A stretch of DNA of 62,377 nt from Acidobacteriota bacterium (GCA_016178945.1 JACOSH010000079.1:1-62377), one strand, 5' to 3'. Counted from the first letter of the stretch, positions 1 to 12,778 are shown. Program-made: numbers and translations. Notes: a model not told the origin generated them from the letters alone.

Positions 1-663
1 GAGCTGCGAGCGGGCCGCCCACAAATCGGGCCGCAGAGCGATGGCCTTGCGGTAGCAAGCGATGCCCTCTTCGTCGCGGCGGTTGATCACGAAGAAGTGT
101 CCGGCGGTGGCGTAGGCCTCGCCGTAGGCGGGGTTCTTGGCCAGGATGCGGCCGATCCAGGGGGTGTCCTTCTTGTCCTCGAGCCAGTCGATGGTGGCCA
201 GGATAGCCATGGCATCCAGGGCTTCGGCCGAGATTTTCAGCGCCTTTTCGGCCTCCTCGGCCGCCTTCTTCGGGTTGTTGTCTTCCAGCGCGAGGCGCGC
301 CAGCAGCTCCTGGGCTTCCAGGTGCTTGGGATCGGCTTTGAGCGCTTCCTCGGCCAGCTCGACGGCCTTGTGCTCGAAGTTCTCGGCCAAGATCAAGGCC
401 ATGCCGGTGAGCGCGCCGGGATGGTCCTTCTTCATCTTGAGCGCTTCCTCGAACAGCTTGAAGGCCTCGTCCCGGTTGAAACGCTCGAGGAAGAGCCGGC
501 CGAAGCGGACGCGGTAGTCGGGGTTGGCTGGGTGGGCCTTGAGGAGCGCCTCGAAGGCGTTCTTGGCCTCTTCATAGCGCTTGGCGCGCCACAGGGCTTC
601 GGGATCGGGGAGGCGCTGGGCGGTCAGCCCGGCGGCCAACAGGAGAGGAACCAAGCGCCTCAT
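1..663 (-). CDS. secreted TPR-repeat protein (partial; C-terminus lies beyond window start)
   Basis: Absent from the ORF track because it runs off the edge. Reverse translation from ATG 663-661 (ATGA overlap with the stop of the upstream gene) gives MRRLVPLLLAAGLTAQRLPDPEALWRAKRYEEAKNAFEALLKAHPANPDYRVRFGRLFLERF..., open to position 1 (221 codons). It has a signal-like N-terminus and A/L/E/K-rich TPR-like helices. It is the last visible gene of the Bat-like operon. Confidence 0.6.
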   Translation of the reverse strand, partial: MRRLVPLLLAAGLTAQRLPDPEALWRAKRYEEAKNAFEALLKAHPANPDYRVRFGRLFLERFNRDEAFKLFEEALKMKKDHPGALTGMALILAENFEHKAVELAEEALKADPKHLEAQELLARLALEDNNPKKAAEEAEKALKISAEALDAMAILATIDWLEDKKDTPWIGRILAKNPAYGEAYATAGHFFVINRRDEEGIACYRKAIALRPDLWAARSQL

Positions 664-1583
664 TTGTCCAGCTCCGCTTGTACCTTGGCCAGCTCCAGGA
701 CCAGCGCCCCGAGCTCTTTGCGGTACTCTTCAAACGGCATCGCCGCTTTCTGGTATTTCAGGCGGTCGATCTGCTCTTCGATCCCCTGCTTCCTGGCCAG
801 CAGTTTTCGCTGCTCCGGGCTGGTGGATGCGGCGCCGGCGCCGACCAGCAGCACGGGAAAGGCCGAGGCCACCAGGCCATATCCGTTTTCGGGAGATGGC
901 GCGCGCACTCCTTCGCCGTGGCCCGTGTCTTCCAGGACGGCATGCTCGGTGGCCAGCCGCTTCTGGGTCTCGTAGAACTGCGTGGTTTTCTGCTCGGCGT
1001 AGCGGAAGGCTTCCAGCGCCGAGATGGTTTCGTTCTTGTCGCTGTCGGCGGCGCCGTCGCGCAGGGCCTCCACCCAGTACCGGGCGAAGACCGTGGCGTT
1101 CCGCTCGGTGCCCGACTTAGTGGCCGACACGATCACGCGGTTTTCCTTGTGGAGCGAGGCGATGCCGCCGCCGCTGCAGCTTGTCATGTTGACCACCAGT
1201 TGCCGGGCCGGGATGCGATCGAGCAGGCTGGCCAGCTCGATGGCGGAGATGTCCGGACCGGGAAGATTGAACTTGTAGTCGGCGCCGTCAAAGGAGCCGT
1301 GCCCGATCAGCATCAGGACCAGGGCGTCCTGGGCGGTGGACTCTTTGGCGATCTTCTCCAGCGCCGCCCGGAGATTGGCCTTGGTGGCGGCGGGGCCCTC
1401 CAGCGTTTCGAGCTTGGAGTCGGGAGCGGGCTTGAGGATCTTGACCAGCTCCGAGGTCCAGCCGTGGAACCGCTGCTCGAACTCCGGCTCGCCGCCCAGA
1501 CCCGCGACGGCCAGGTAGTAGGTGGAGGCCTGCAGGGAGCCGCCCAGCAGAATCGGAAGCAGCCACCTCACACGACCCCCCAT
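660..1583 (-). CDS. clan CD (legumain C13 / caspase-like) peptidase-like protein with C-terminal coiled coil
   Basis: ORF 660..1652 trimmed to the ATG at 1583 (MGGRVRWLLPILL, signal-like). LIGHGSFDG and NMTSCSGGG resemble the His-Gly and Cys catalytic dyad spacing of clan CD peptidases. The C-terminal EQRKLLARKQGIEEQIDRLKYQK is a coiled coil. Confidence 0.5.
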   Translation of the reverse strand: MGGRVRWLLPILLGGSLQASTYYLAVAGLGGEPEFEQRFHGWTSELVKILKPAPDSKLETLEGPAATKANLRAALEKIAKESTAQDALVLMLIGHGSFDGADYKFNLPGPDISAIELASLLDRIPARQLVVNMTSCSGGGIASLHKENRVIVSATKSGTERNATVFARYWVEALRDGAADSDKNETISALEAFRYAEQKTTQFYETQKRLATEHAVLEDTGHGEGVRAPSPENGYGLVASAFPVLLVGAGAASTSPEQRKLLARKQGIEEQIDRLKYQKAAMPFEEYRKELGALVLELAKVQAELDK

Positions 1584-3847
1584 CGGCGGCGGAGCAGCCA
1601 CTCGCTGCCGCGCAGCAGGAGGGCGGCCAGGAAAACCGCGGGCATGTCCCACAGATCGCGCGTCTCGCGGGTGGTGATGCCGGCCTCCGAGTAGGAGATC
1701 TGATCGGACAGCTTGGGCAGGTCCCGGGCGGTGTAGTAACGGCCGCCGGTCTGCTCGGCCAGCTTCTCGAGCAGCTCGCGGTTCTGCGCCAAGCGGAAAT
1801 TCTCGGCCACGCCGTCCTCGCGGCGGAACATCAGGACGTCCCGGCCCGCCTCCTGTTGGTCCTTCTTGACCACGATTTCCGCGACATAGGAGCCCGGCTT
1901 TTCGGCGTCCCAGTCGGCTTCGTAGACGCCTTCTTCCAGGGGCTGGGGGAGCAGCTCGACGGTTCCCGAGGCGTCGCCGGGACCCACGATGCGGGCCTCG
2001 ACCCGGACGTTGGCCATGGGCTTGTAGGCCTTGTCGCGCACGTCGGCCCGAAGGTGCACCTTGGTCTCATCGGCCAGAACCGGCCGCGGGGTGGAGGCCA
2101 CCACCGCACCGGGGCTTTCCGACGCCAGCCAGCGGAGCAGTTGCTGCCAAAACATGTGGTGGGTCTTGTCCTGGTGATCCTGCAGCATCTTCCAGCGCCA
2201 GCTCCCCTGAGTGGCAAAGACCGCGGTTCGCCCCCGGCCATAGTTTTCCACCGCCAGCACCGGCATGCGCCGCTTGCCCGGGGCGTTGACTTCGGCCAGC
2301 GCCACGGCGCCGGGCTTGACCTCGCCCAATTCCTGGTAGTCGGCCAGCAGCGGCATTTTCTTCCAACGCTCGGCGTTGCGCTCGGGGCGGTCTTCCAGGC
2401 GGCAGATCAGCGATTCGCGGCCGGCGGGAGTGAGCTCGAAATTGGCCTCGTCGCGATGGAAAGTGCCTTTCTGCGGGGGCAGCCGGACGGGGAGCATTTC
2501 GGCCAGCGGGGAGGCCGGATAGCCGCCGTCGGACAGGGTGAAGCGCCCACCCAGGAACAGGACTCCACCCCCGCGGCGGTTGGCGAACTCCTTGATCAAT
2601 TCCTGCTGGGCGGCGGTGAAGTAGCCGGCTTCGACGCTGCCGACGATCAGGCCGGAGTAGAAAAACAACTCCTCGGCCTTGGCGGGAAAACCGTGCTCCA
2701 GCTCCTGGGGTCTGGCGTTGGTGACGCCCTGGCGGTAGATCTTGTTCTGCGTGGTTCGCAGCATGCTCACCAGCTCCAGGCTGCGGTCCTCGTCGATGGC
2801 GCGCCGGATGAACTTGAACTCCCAGCGCGGCTCGCCCTCGATGTACAGGATGCGCGGTTTGGTGGCTTCGACATTCACCAGCCGGAGCAAGGTGTTGTTG
2901 TTGACGTTCTCCTCCCCGTCGAGAGGGTCGATCGAGAACTGGAAGCCCTTGGCGCCGGCGATGCCGGCCTGGAAGGTCAGCGATTCGGTCTGGGGAACGC
3001 CCTCGGCCTTGAGCGTGATCTCCTGGGAGGCGAGCACCTTGTTTCCATCGCGAACCGCAAGCCGGGCCTTGCGCTGGGTGTAGCCGTTGTGCCGGAAAGT
3101 GACCTGGGCGGCCAGCCGCGAGTCCACCAGGGCGCGGGCGGGCAGGGTTGCGTCGCTGATCTCGACATCGGGCGAGATCTTCTCGCGTCCAAAGCCGACG
3201 GTATGGACGGGAATGCGGCGCTGGCGGATGCGGGCGATGGTTTCGCGGTCGATGCCGCCGGAGTTGTCGGCGCCGTCGCTGAGCAGCACCAAGGCCCCCA
3301 GCGGCAGGGTGGAGGCGTCGGTGAGGGCCTCGGTGACGGCGTCGCCGATGCGGCTGGCGCCGGCCGAGGCGGTCAGTTGCTCCAGCTTGTCGATTCTTTC
3401 CAGATTCTTGCCAAAACGGTAGACGCGCACCTGGAACTTCTTGCGCAGGGCGTCGAGCACGCCGGAGTTGAGGCCTGAGACCGCCTGTTGGAGCCGCGTG
3501 CCGCCCTCCTCGCGCAGGGCCATGCTGCGCGAATCGTCGATCAGAACCGATACCACGTTCTGCTGGGGGCGCAGCGTGGCGATGCTGATGGCCGGGTGCC
3601 AGAGCAGGAACAGCACCAGGACGACCACGGCGCTCTGCAGGAGCCAGATCACGGCGGGCCGCGCGCCGCTCAGCAACGAACGGCTCCCGCGAATGTTCAC
3701 CCCCAGCGCGACGGCCGCCACGGCGATCGCGGCGCCCAGCGCCCAGAGCGGCCAAGGCGCCAGCAACACCAGTTCTCCTTTGGAGAAGACCGTCGTCGGG
3801 TATTTGAAGAGGAATTCAAACATGAGGGGCGATTGGGCTGCCGTCAC
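1568..3847 (-). CDS. vWA domain membrane protein (BatA / double-transmembrane N-terminus type)
   Basis: 759-aa ORF. Two N-terminal hydrophobic helices are followed by a vWA-like block VVSVLIDDSRSM (DxSxS MIDAS) ... LLSDGADNSG and a large C-terminal domain. It lies between the DUF4159 and C13-like genes. Confidence 0.65.
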   Translation of the reverse strand: MTAAQSPLMFEFLFKYPTTVFSKGELVLLAPWPLWALGAAIAVAAVALGVNIRGSRSLLSGARPAVIWLLQSAVVVLVLFLLWHPAISIATLRPQQNVVSVLIDDSRSMALREEGGTRLQQAVSGLNSGVLDALRKKFQVRVYRFGKNLERIDKLEQLTASAGASRIGDAVTEALTDASTLPLGALVLLSDGADNSGGIDRETIARIRQRRIPVHTVGFGREKISPDVEISDATLPARALVDSRLAAQVTFRHNGYTQRKARLAVRDGNKVLASQEITLKAEGVPQTESLTFQAGIAGAKGFQFSIDPLDGEENVNNNTLLRLVNVEATKPRILYIEGEPRWEFKFIRRAIDEDRSLELVSMLRTTQNKIYRQGVTNARPQELEHGFPAKAEELFFYSGLIVGSVEAGYFTAAQQELIKEFANRRGGGVLFLGGRFTLSDGGYPASPLAEMLPVRLPPQKGTFHRDEANFELTPAGRESLICRLEDRPERNAERWKKMPLLADYQELGEVKPGAVALAEVNAPGKRRMPVLAVENYGRGRTAVFATQGSWRWKMLQDHQDKTHHMFWQQLLRWLASESPGAVVASTPRPVLADETKVHLRADVRDKAYKPMANVRVEARIVGPGDASGTVELLPQPLEEGVYEADWDAEKPGSYVAEIVVKKDQQEAGRDVLMFRREDGVAENFRLAQNRELLEKLAEQTGGRYYTARDLPKLSDQISYSEAGITTRETRDLWDMPAVFLAALLLRGSEWLLRRRWGVV

Positions 3848-3860
3848 CCGGTGGCCGGGG

Positions 3861-4652
3861 TTAGTGCGTCATGGCATAGATGATGTAATTGATTCCGGTC
3901 CGGTAGGCCTGCGAGGCGTACTTTTCGGGGTAATTGGGGCTGTCGGCCCACTCCCAGGCGTCGCCGTTGTCCTGGTTAAAACAGATTCCGACCATCAGAC
4001 GGCCCTTGTCGTCGTAGATGCCGCGGTAGTGGGGATCGTAGCCGTCGCGCTCGTAGGTGCGGTGGAACGGCCAGTTGACGATGCCCGGAACCTGCATGCG
4101 CTCGTCCAGGTCGTAGAGCACGTGGAAGATCTGGTCGCTGTTCTCGATCTCGACCACGGGCCGGTCCGGAAACACACGGCTCATGCTGTCCATGAAAACG
4201 GCCCATTCCTGGGTACCGTGAAAATCGTCGGTCATCAGGAAGCCGCCCCGCAGCAGATACTCGCGCAGTTTCTTGCACTGGGCGTCGTTGAGAGTCCAAT
4301 GTCCGACCTCCACTGCATAGATCCAGGGCCACTTGAACACCTCGTCGTCATCCAGGTTGACTATCACTTCGACCGACTTGGTATGAAGGCGGGTCAACCG
4401 CCGCACGCCCTGGACGAACTGGCGGTCGGCCTTGGGATAGTCGATGGTCCAATAGCCGCGATAGCCCCAGAAGCGGCCCGAGGGGTACTTCAGCCGCGCG
4501 AACGCGTACTCGGTTTTCTCCTGGGCGTCGGGCGGAACCGGCACGTTGTCGTCGTCTTCGGCGAAGGGACGGAACCCGCCGCGCTGGGCGAAGAGAGCAG
4601 TCACCAAGAGGAAGAGGGCGACACTCGCCGGTCTCAAAATCCGCGGGCGCAT
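3861..4652 (-). CDS. DUF4159 domain-containing protein
   Basis: ORF 3861..4793 trimmed to the ATG at 4652 (MRPRILRPASVALFLLVTALFAQ signal). FARLKYPSGRFWGY...WPWIYAVEVGHWTLNDAQCKKLREYLLRGGFLMTDDFHG matches my memory of the DUF4159 pattern found next to Bat/MoxR loci. Confidence 0.7.
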   Translation of the reverse strand: MRPRILRPASVALFLLVTALFAQRGGFRPFAEDDDNVPVPPDAQEKTEYAFARLKYPSGRFWGYRGYWTIDYPKADRQFVQGVRRLTRLHTKSVEVIVNLDDDEVFKWPWIYAVEVGHWTLNDAQCKKLREYLLRGGFLMTDDFHGTQEWAVFMDSMSRVFPDRPVVEIENSDQIFHVLYDLDERMQVPGIVNWPFHRTYERDGYDPHYRGIYDDKGRLMVGICFNQDNGDAWEWADSPNYPEKYASQAYRTGINYIIYAMTH

Positions 4653-4795
4653 CAAGGGACCTGTTTCTTCAAGAATATCATACGTGCGAACCGGGAAAGA
4701 GTTTCCCGCTGTAACGCCGCGGTCGCTGCGCGCACTATTCCGGTGGTATCGTAGTGGGCCAGGGTTGAGGGGCGAACCCACCCGGAGCTTCAACC

Positions 4796-5782
4796 ATGTC
4801 GAAACGCCGACTTCCGCACATCTTTTTCGTGTTGCCGCTGGTTGTCTTGACGGCCTCGAAACCGCTTCACGCCTGGGGCAAGGAAGGCCACCGCATCACG
4901 GCCCGGATTGCCGCCAAGCACCTGAGCCAGAAAGCGCGCCAGAAAGTGTTCGACCTGCTCAAGGACGACAGCGCCGCCAAGCCATTCCTGCTCGGCCGCA
5001 GTCCGAACGACGTGGATGCGATCGCCGACGCGATGGCCGCGGTCGCGATGTTTGCCGACGCGGTCAAGCACACGTTCGCGCCAGAAACCCGCGAGTGGCA
5101 TTTTCTCGATCTGGCCAAAGGCGACACCGCATCCGAGGTATCAGCGCGCTGCCCAGGCGACGACTGCGTCGCGGTTCGAATCACGCAGTTGCTGGACGCG
5201 CTCAAGACCGGAGCCGCACTCACTACAAGCAGCAACACGTTTCATGCCAGCGCGCAGTTGAAATTTGCGATCAACTTCTTCGGCGACATCCACCAGCCGC
5301 TGCATTGCGCAACCAATGCCGACGCCGGCGGCAACTGCCTCCGCACGGACCCCGCCACCTTCGGAAACGATCAACTGCACGCCACTTGGGACACCGGCCT
5401 GGTGAAGCCGCTCTACAAAGACGATCACGGCCACGACCTGACCGAATTTGCAGTGGCTCGGACCATCAACGCCCGGTTCGGGACGCAGTTCACACACACC
5501 ATTCAGACGAAGAAGTCCGTGGAGATGGCGCTGGAATCGCACGACGTGGCCTTCGAGAAAGCCTACGGTCCGCTGATCACGGCCGGTATCGTGCCGGTCT
5601 TTCCGTTTGTTCCGGGAATCACTCCGCAGTGCGTCGCTCCGCCGCTGCCGCAGAAGCTCAAGGACATGGACCCGGCGGATCTCTCCGAGGTTTACGACGA
5701 CGACACGGTCAAGACGGCCGCGCAACAACTGGCCAAGGGTGGCTTCCGGCTGGCCGACGCGCTGAACCGGACTTTCCAGTAA
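4796..5782 (+). CDS. S1/P1 family nuclease, secreted
   Basis: A signal peptide is followed by WGKEGHRI (mature N-terminal Trp). WHFLD, GDIHQPLHC and LHATWDT are the zinc-ligand motifs of S1/P1 nucleases. Confidence 0.85.
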   Translation: MSKRRLPHIFFVLPLVVLTASKPLHAWGKEGHRITARIAAKHLSQKARQKVFDLLKDDSAAKPFLLGRSPNDVDAIADAMAAVAMFADAVKHTFAPETREWHFLDLAKGDTASEVSARCPGDDCVAVRITQLLDALKTGAALTTSSNTFHASAQLKFAINFFGDIHQPLHCATNADAGGNCLRTDPATFGNDQLHATWDTGLVKPLYKDDHGHDLTEFAVARTINARFGTQFTHTIQTKKSVEMALESHDVAFEKAYGPLITAGIVPVFPFVPGITPQCVAPPLPQKLKDMDPADLSEVYDDDTVKTAAQQLAKGGFRLADALNRTFQ

Positions 5783-5868
5783 CTGCGTGACGCGAGGCGG
5801 TAGTGGGCGCGCCGGACCGGCCGAAGTCCGGAAAGGGATGCTAAGCTGGTATTGATCCCCCTATGTAA

Positions 5869-6348
5869 ATGCCCGATCCGGAGGTCCAGCTTCTTCGTCA
5901 CACCGTGGCCACTCTCGCCTACCGCGCCGGCAAGGCGCTGCGCGACGCTCCCCCGGCCTTCGCGGAGTTCCAAGCGACCGCCGGCACCCGCAGCCCGGTC
6001 CGGATTCTGGCGCATATGGGCGATCTGTTCGACTGGGCGCTGCAATTGGCCGATGGCAAGCCGGTCTGGCAAGATTCGACGCCGCTGCCCTGGACCGAGG
6101 AAGTCGCCCGGTTCTTTGGCGCCCTGGAGGCCTTCGACCGCCGGCTGGCCTCCGGGGCTCCGCTGGGCTATCCGGCGGGAAGGCTGTTCCAAGGGCCGGT
6201 GGCCGATGCCTTGACTCATACCGGACAGCTAACCCTGCTGCGCCGGATTTTCGGCCAGCCGGTCCGCGGCGAGAACTACTTCAAGGCCGATATCGAGGCC
6301 GGGAAGGCCGGCCGGGAGCAGGCGGCCCCGCGCGTGGAGTTCGATTGA
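5869..6348 (+). CDS. DinB-superfamily-like protein
   Basis: 159 aa and helical. Spaced His residues (LRHTV, ILAHMGDL, ALTHTGQL) are typical of DinB four-helix-bundle metal sites. Recognition is weak. Confidence 0.4.
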   Translation: MPDPEVQLLRHTVATLAYRAGKALRDAPPAFAEFQATAGTRSPVRILAHMGDLFDWALQLADGKPVWQDSTPLPWTEEVARFFGALEAFDRRLASGAPLGYPAGRLFQGPVADALTHTGQLTLLRRIFGQPVRGENYFKADIEAGKAGREQAAPRVEFD

Positions 6349-6414
6349 TCCGGGGAGCCGGGCCCCGCCGTCTGATAACCTGACAAAAGGAATTCTGCTA
6401 GAGTGTGAGGCATA

Positions 6415-8856
<2,442 letters not shown>

Positions 8857-8860
8857 GACC

Positions 8861-10078
8861 GTGCCGCTGCGCTGGTGGATCGGCGGGCTGCTGTTCGCCT
8901 CCACCACCATCAACTACATCGACCGGCAGGCGCTGAATGTTCTGGCGCCGTATCTGAAAACCGAATACCACTGGACCAATTCGGATTTCGCCAGCATCGT
9001 GATCGCGTTCCGCCTGGCGTATGCGTTGATGCAGTGGATCGGTGGCAGGGCGGTGGACCGGCTGGGGACCCGTCGCGGGCTGAGCCTGGCCGTCGCCTGG
9101 TATTCGGTGGCCGCCATGGCCACCTCGCTGGCCGGCGGGTTGTGGAGCTTCCGCCTCTTTCGGTTCCTGCTGGGCGTCGGAGAAGCGGCCAACTGGCCGG
9201 CCGCGACCAAGGCCGTCGCGGAGTGGTTTCCGCCAAAGGAACGCGGCTGGGCCGTGGCGCTGTTCGACAGCGGATCGGCGATCGGCGGCGCGGTGGCGCC
9301 CTCCCTGGTGGTCTGGCTGTACCACCGCTTCGGGACCTGGCGTCCGGCCTTCGTCATCACCGGGCTGCTGGGGTTCCTCTGGCTGGCCGCCTGGCGGGCC
9401 GTGGTCCCGGCCGCGCCTCCCCAGCGCTTGCACGAGGCCGCCGGCTCCCCCACTGCGTCCTGGGGCGAGCTGCTGCGCCATCCGCAAACCTGGGGCGTGA
9501 TCGCCCTGCGCGCCCTGCTGGACCCCTACTGGTTCCTCATCGCCGACTGGTTCGCGCTGTTCCTGGTGAGCAAGGGATTCCGGATCGAGGACACCCTGTT
9601 CGGATTCTGGCTGCCCTTTCTGAGCGCGGACTTCGGCAACTTCTTCGGCGGCGGGTTTTCGAGCTGGCTGATCGGGCGCGGCTGGTCGATTCTGGCCGCG
9701 CGGCGCGCGGTCTACGTGGTGTGCGGTCCCATGATGCTGCTGCTGATTCCGGCGGCCTTCACCTCCCACCTGGTCCCGCTGCTGGCCTACTTCGCGGTCG
9801 CCACGTTCGGCTACGCGGCCTGCTCGACCATGCACCTGGTGTTGCCCTCGGACCTGTTCGCCAGCGGCTCGGTCGGAACGGTCAGCGGGATGGCCGGGAT
9901 GGTGACGGGCATGGTGACCATCGCCTCGACTTATGCGGTCGGCGCGGTGACCGACCGGTATTCTTTCGCGCCGGTGCTTCTGGCGGCCAGCGCCGCGCCG
10001 CTGCTGGCCATGGCGGTGGCTTTCCTGGTGGTGCGCAACACGCGAGAGTCCGGCCAGGGCGTGCTGCTGCGAATCTGA
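8861..10078 (+). CDS. MFS transporter (ACS/ExuT-like)
   Basis: 405 aa and polytopic. [20 protein letters not shown] and [12 protein letters not shown] are typical MFS loop 2-3 motifs. Confidence 0.8.
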   Translation: MPLRWWIGGLLFASTTINYIDRQALNVLAPYLKTEYHWTNSDFASIVIAFRLAYALMQWIGGRAVDRLGTRRGLSLAVAWYSVAAMATSLAGGLWSFRLFRFLLGVGEAANWPAATKAVAEWFPPKERGWAVALFDSGSAIGGAVAPSLVVWLYHRFGTWRPAFVITGLLGFLWLAAWRAVVPAAPPQRLHEAAGSPTASWGELLRHPQTWGVIALRALLDPYWFLIADWFALFLVSKGFRIEDTLFGFWLPFLSADFGNFFGGGFSSWLIGRGWSILAARRAVYVVCGPMMLLLIPAAFTSHLVPLLAYFAVATFGYAACSTMHLVLPSDLFASGSVGTVSGMAGMVTGMVTIASTYAVGAVTDRYSFAPVLLAASAAPLLAMAVAFLVVRNTRESGQGVLLRI

Positions 10079-10145
10079 GGGAGCCGGCTGCCTAACAAAA
10101 CTACTTGCCTGTTTCGGGTTTTCGAAGGACACTACAGGATACAGG

Positions 10146-12140
10146 GTGGCGAACCTGGGGAAGGTTTGGCGCCCGCCGCTGGGAGGATCTGAGTTGGAGA
10201 GAAACGGCCGCAAAGGCACACTTGTTCTGGACCCCGCCGAGCGCTGGACGGCGCAGGACGCGCGCGATCTTTACGATGTCGCCAGTTGGGGCAAGGGCTA
10301 CTTCTCGGTCGATGACCAGGGTCATGTGCGGGTGCATCCGACTAAGGATCCGGCGCGCTCGATCGATCTCAAGAAGCTGGTCGACACCCTGGTGCTGCGC
10401 GGGATCTATCCGCCCATCCTGGTCCGTTTCGCCGAAATCCTCAAGCACCGGATGGGCGAGATCCACGATGCCTTCAGCGCGGCGATCGCCGAGCACCGCT
10501 ACCAGGGCCAGTATTGCTGCGTGTATCCGATCAAGGTGAATCAGCAGCGCCAGGTGGTGGAGGAGGTGCTGGAGTTCGGCAAGCCCTACCACTTCGGATT
10601 GGAAGCCGGCTCCAAGCCCGAGCTGCTGGCCGTGATGGCCCTGGCCGACAACGGCACGCCCATCATCTGCAACGGATTCAAGGACGACGAATACATCGAG
10701 ATGGCCATGCTGGCCCACAAGATGGGGCGGCAGATCATCCCGGTGGTGGAAAAATACACCGAGTTGCGCCTGATCATTCAGTACGCGGCCAAGGTGGGGG
10801 TTCGGCCCACGATCGGGGTGCGGGTCAAGCTGGCCAGCCGCGGCTCGGGGCGCTGGAAGTCGTCGGGCGGCTATCGCTCCAAGTTCGGCCTCACCATCAG
10901 CGAGACCCTACAGGCGCTGCGCGAGTTGGAAGGCTTGGGAATGGCCGATTGCCTGCACCTGTTGCATTTCCACCTGGGCAGCCAGATCACCAACATCCGG
11001 CAGGTGAAGGGCGCGGTGAACGAAGCCGCGCGTGTGTACGTGGAGCTGGCGCGCGCCGGGGCGGGCTTGCGCTACCTGGACGTGGGCGGCGGGCTGGGCA
11101 TCGACTACGACGGCTCGCAGACCGACTTTGAATCCAGCGTCAACTACACCCTGCAGGAGTATGCCAACGACGTCGTCTACCACATCCAGAATGTGTGCGA
11201 CGAGGCGCAGGTGGAGCATCCCAGCATCATCACCGAGAGCGGACGGGCGATCGCCGCCTATCACAGCCTGCTGGTGTTCAATGTGCTCGGCGTGTCCGGT
11301 TTCGCGGAAAGCGAATCGCTTCCCCCGCTGCCACCCGAGCCGGAACAGCCGCTGGTCGATCTGCAAGAGACCTACCGGACGCTCAGCACCAAGAATCTGC
11401 TGGAGAGCTTCCACGACGCCCAGCAGGCTTTGGACCAGGCGCTGAACCTGTTCAGTCTCGGCTATCTGCCATTGGAACAGCGCTGCCTGGCGGAGAATCT
11501 ATATTGGAACATCTGCCGCCGCATCCAGAGGCTGGCCGGGGAATTGGACTACTTTCCGGAGGAGCTGGAGGGCCTGGACGCCCTGCTCTCGGACACCTAT
11601 TTCTGCAATTTCTCCCTGTTCCAGAGCATGCCCGACAGTTGGGCCATCAAGCAGTTGTTTCCGGTGATGCCGATCCACCGGCTGACCGAGCGGCCAACGC
11701 GCCACGCGGTGCTGGGCGATATCACCTGCGACTCGGACGGCAAGGTGGACCAGTTCATCGACCGGCGCGACGTGAAGCGCACCCTGCCGCTGCATCCCTT
11801 CGACGGCGAGGATTACTATCTGGGCGCGTTCCTGGTGGGCGCCTACCAGGAGATCCTGGGCGACTTGCACAACCTGTTCGGCGACACCAACGCGGTCCAT
11901 GTCCGGATGAGCGACAGCGGGGACGTGATGCTGGAGGAAGTGATCAAGGGCGATACCGTGCGCGAGGTCCTCAACTACGTGCAGTTCAACGCCGACACGC
12001 TGGTGACTCAGCTCCGGCGCGACGTGGAAGCGGCGCTACGGGAGGGCAAGATCGGCTACGAGGAGTCCGGGCGCCTGCTGCGCTTCTACGAGGAAGGGCT
12101 CCACGGATACACGTATCTGGAGGACGCCCACGAGCGGTAG
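10146..12140 (+). CDS. speA: biosynthetic arginine decarboxylase
   Basis: 664 aa. It has the SpeA N-terminus WTAQDARDLYDVASWGKGYFSVDDQGHVRVHP and the PLP-lysine motif YCCVYPIKVNQQ, and is SpeA-like over the full length. The exact start is uncertain (GTG from the track). Confidence 0.9.
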   Translation: MANLGKVWRPPLGGSELERNGRKGTLVLDPAERWTAQDARDLYDVASWGKGYFSVDDQGHVRVHPTKDPARSIDLKKLVDTLVLRGIYPPILVRFAEILKHRMGEIHDAFSAAIAEHRYQGQYCCVYPIKVNQQRQVVEEVLEFGKPYHFGLEAGSKPELLAVMALADNGTPIICNGFKDDEYIEMAMLAHKMGRQIIPVVEKYTELRLIIQYAAKVGVRPTIGVRVKLASRGSGRWKSSGGYRSKFGLTISETLQALRELEGLGMADCLHLLHFHLGSQITNIRQVKGAVNEAARVYVELARAGAGLRYLDVGGGLGIDYDGSQTDFESSVNYTLQEYANDVVYHIQNVCDEAQVEHPSIITESGRAIAAYHSLLVFNVLGVSGFAESESLPPLPPEPEQPLVDLQETYRTLSTKNLLESFHDAQQALDQALNLFSLGYLPLEQRCLAENLYWNICRRIQRLAGELDYFPEELEGLDALLSDTYFCNFSLFQSMPDSWAIKQLFPVMPIHRLTERPTRHAVLGDITCDSDGKVDQFIDRRDVKRTLPLHPFDGEDYYLGAFLVGAYQEILGDLHNLFGDTNAVHVRMSDSGDVMLEEVIKGDTVREVLNYVQFNADTLVTQLRRDVEAALREGKIGYEESGRLLRFYEEGLHGYTYLEDAHER

Positions 12141-12163
12141 GGCGCGGCGTCGCTAGCCTGAAA

Positions 12164-12261
12164 CACCGCTCCGTAAGAAGCTGTGAAAGAACGCACCGCT
12201 TGCTGAAAGTGCATTCGTTGCACCACCAAGGTTACCGAGCCGCGACGGTTACGGAGCGGTG
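12164..12261. repeat. 13-bp perfect inverted repeat flanking a REP-like element in the speA/ykgJ convergent gap
   Basis: CACCGCTCCGTAA (12164-12176) pairs with TTACGGAGCGGTG (12249-12261). The interior holds CCGCTTGCTGA (12196-12206) and a small hairpin GTGCA-TTCGT-TGCAC. Both are related to the element at 35282-35360. Confidence 0.5.
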
Positions 12262-12274
12262 GCCGCTACGCTAG

Positions 12275-12778
12275 CTAGCGCCGAAACCCGACCTCGTCCT
12301 TCCACTCCTGGAGCGTGTTGTACACGATCGGGCAGTAGCAGGCGCGGTCCACCATTCCCCACATACGGCTGACCAGGGATCCAGGCGCGCGGACCAAGTG
12401 CGGGAAGGTATCGCAGGTTCCGGGCCGGGCCTCGTAGACGCCGCACAGGTTGCCGTCCAGAAAAACGCACCCCTGTTCGGTGCGCCGCAGGATCAGGCCC
12501 TCCTCCGGATCCTCGGTCGTGTATTGCCGCAGGAACTGATCCCTGCCGATCTTCAGGAAACGCGCCAGTTTCTCGACGTCGCGAGGCGCCAGAGTGACCG
12601 TGGCGACCCGGCAACAGTTGGCGCAAGTGGTGCAGTCCATCTCGTCCTCGTATTTCTCGGCGATCCGGCGCAGCCGCCGCTCCACGAAGTTGTGACGCTT
12701 GAGATGCAGGCGGAAGCGGAGGTTCTCGCCCCGCTGCTTCTCGCCCAGGCGGCGGATCTGTACGAGGTCGGTCAGCAT
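12275..12778 (-). CDS. YkgJ-family cysteine-cluster protein (CxxCxxCC)
   Basis: 167 aa. It has the CTTCANCC motif plus downstream Cys residues typical of UPF0153/YkgJ zinc/iron-chelating proteins. Confidence 0.7.
   Translation of the reverse strand: MLTDLVQIRRLGEKQRGENLRFRLHLKRHNFVERRLRRIAEKYEDEMDCTTCANCCRVATVTLAPRDVEKLARFLKIGRDQFLRQYTTEDPEEGLILRRTEQGCVFLDGNLCGVYEARPGTCDTFPHLVRAPGSLVSRMWGMVDRACYCPIVYNTLQEWKDEVGFRR

Noticed and set aside
5162-5189. tRNA T-arm-like string GGTTCGAATC inside a 7-bp hairpin (ACTGCGT...ACGCAGT)
   Set aside because: It lies in frame inside the S1/P1 nuclease CDS. No acceptor, D or anticodon arms can be drawn around it. No tRNA, rRNA or tmRNA gene was found anywhere in the window.
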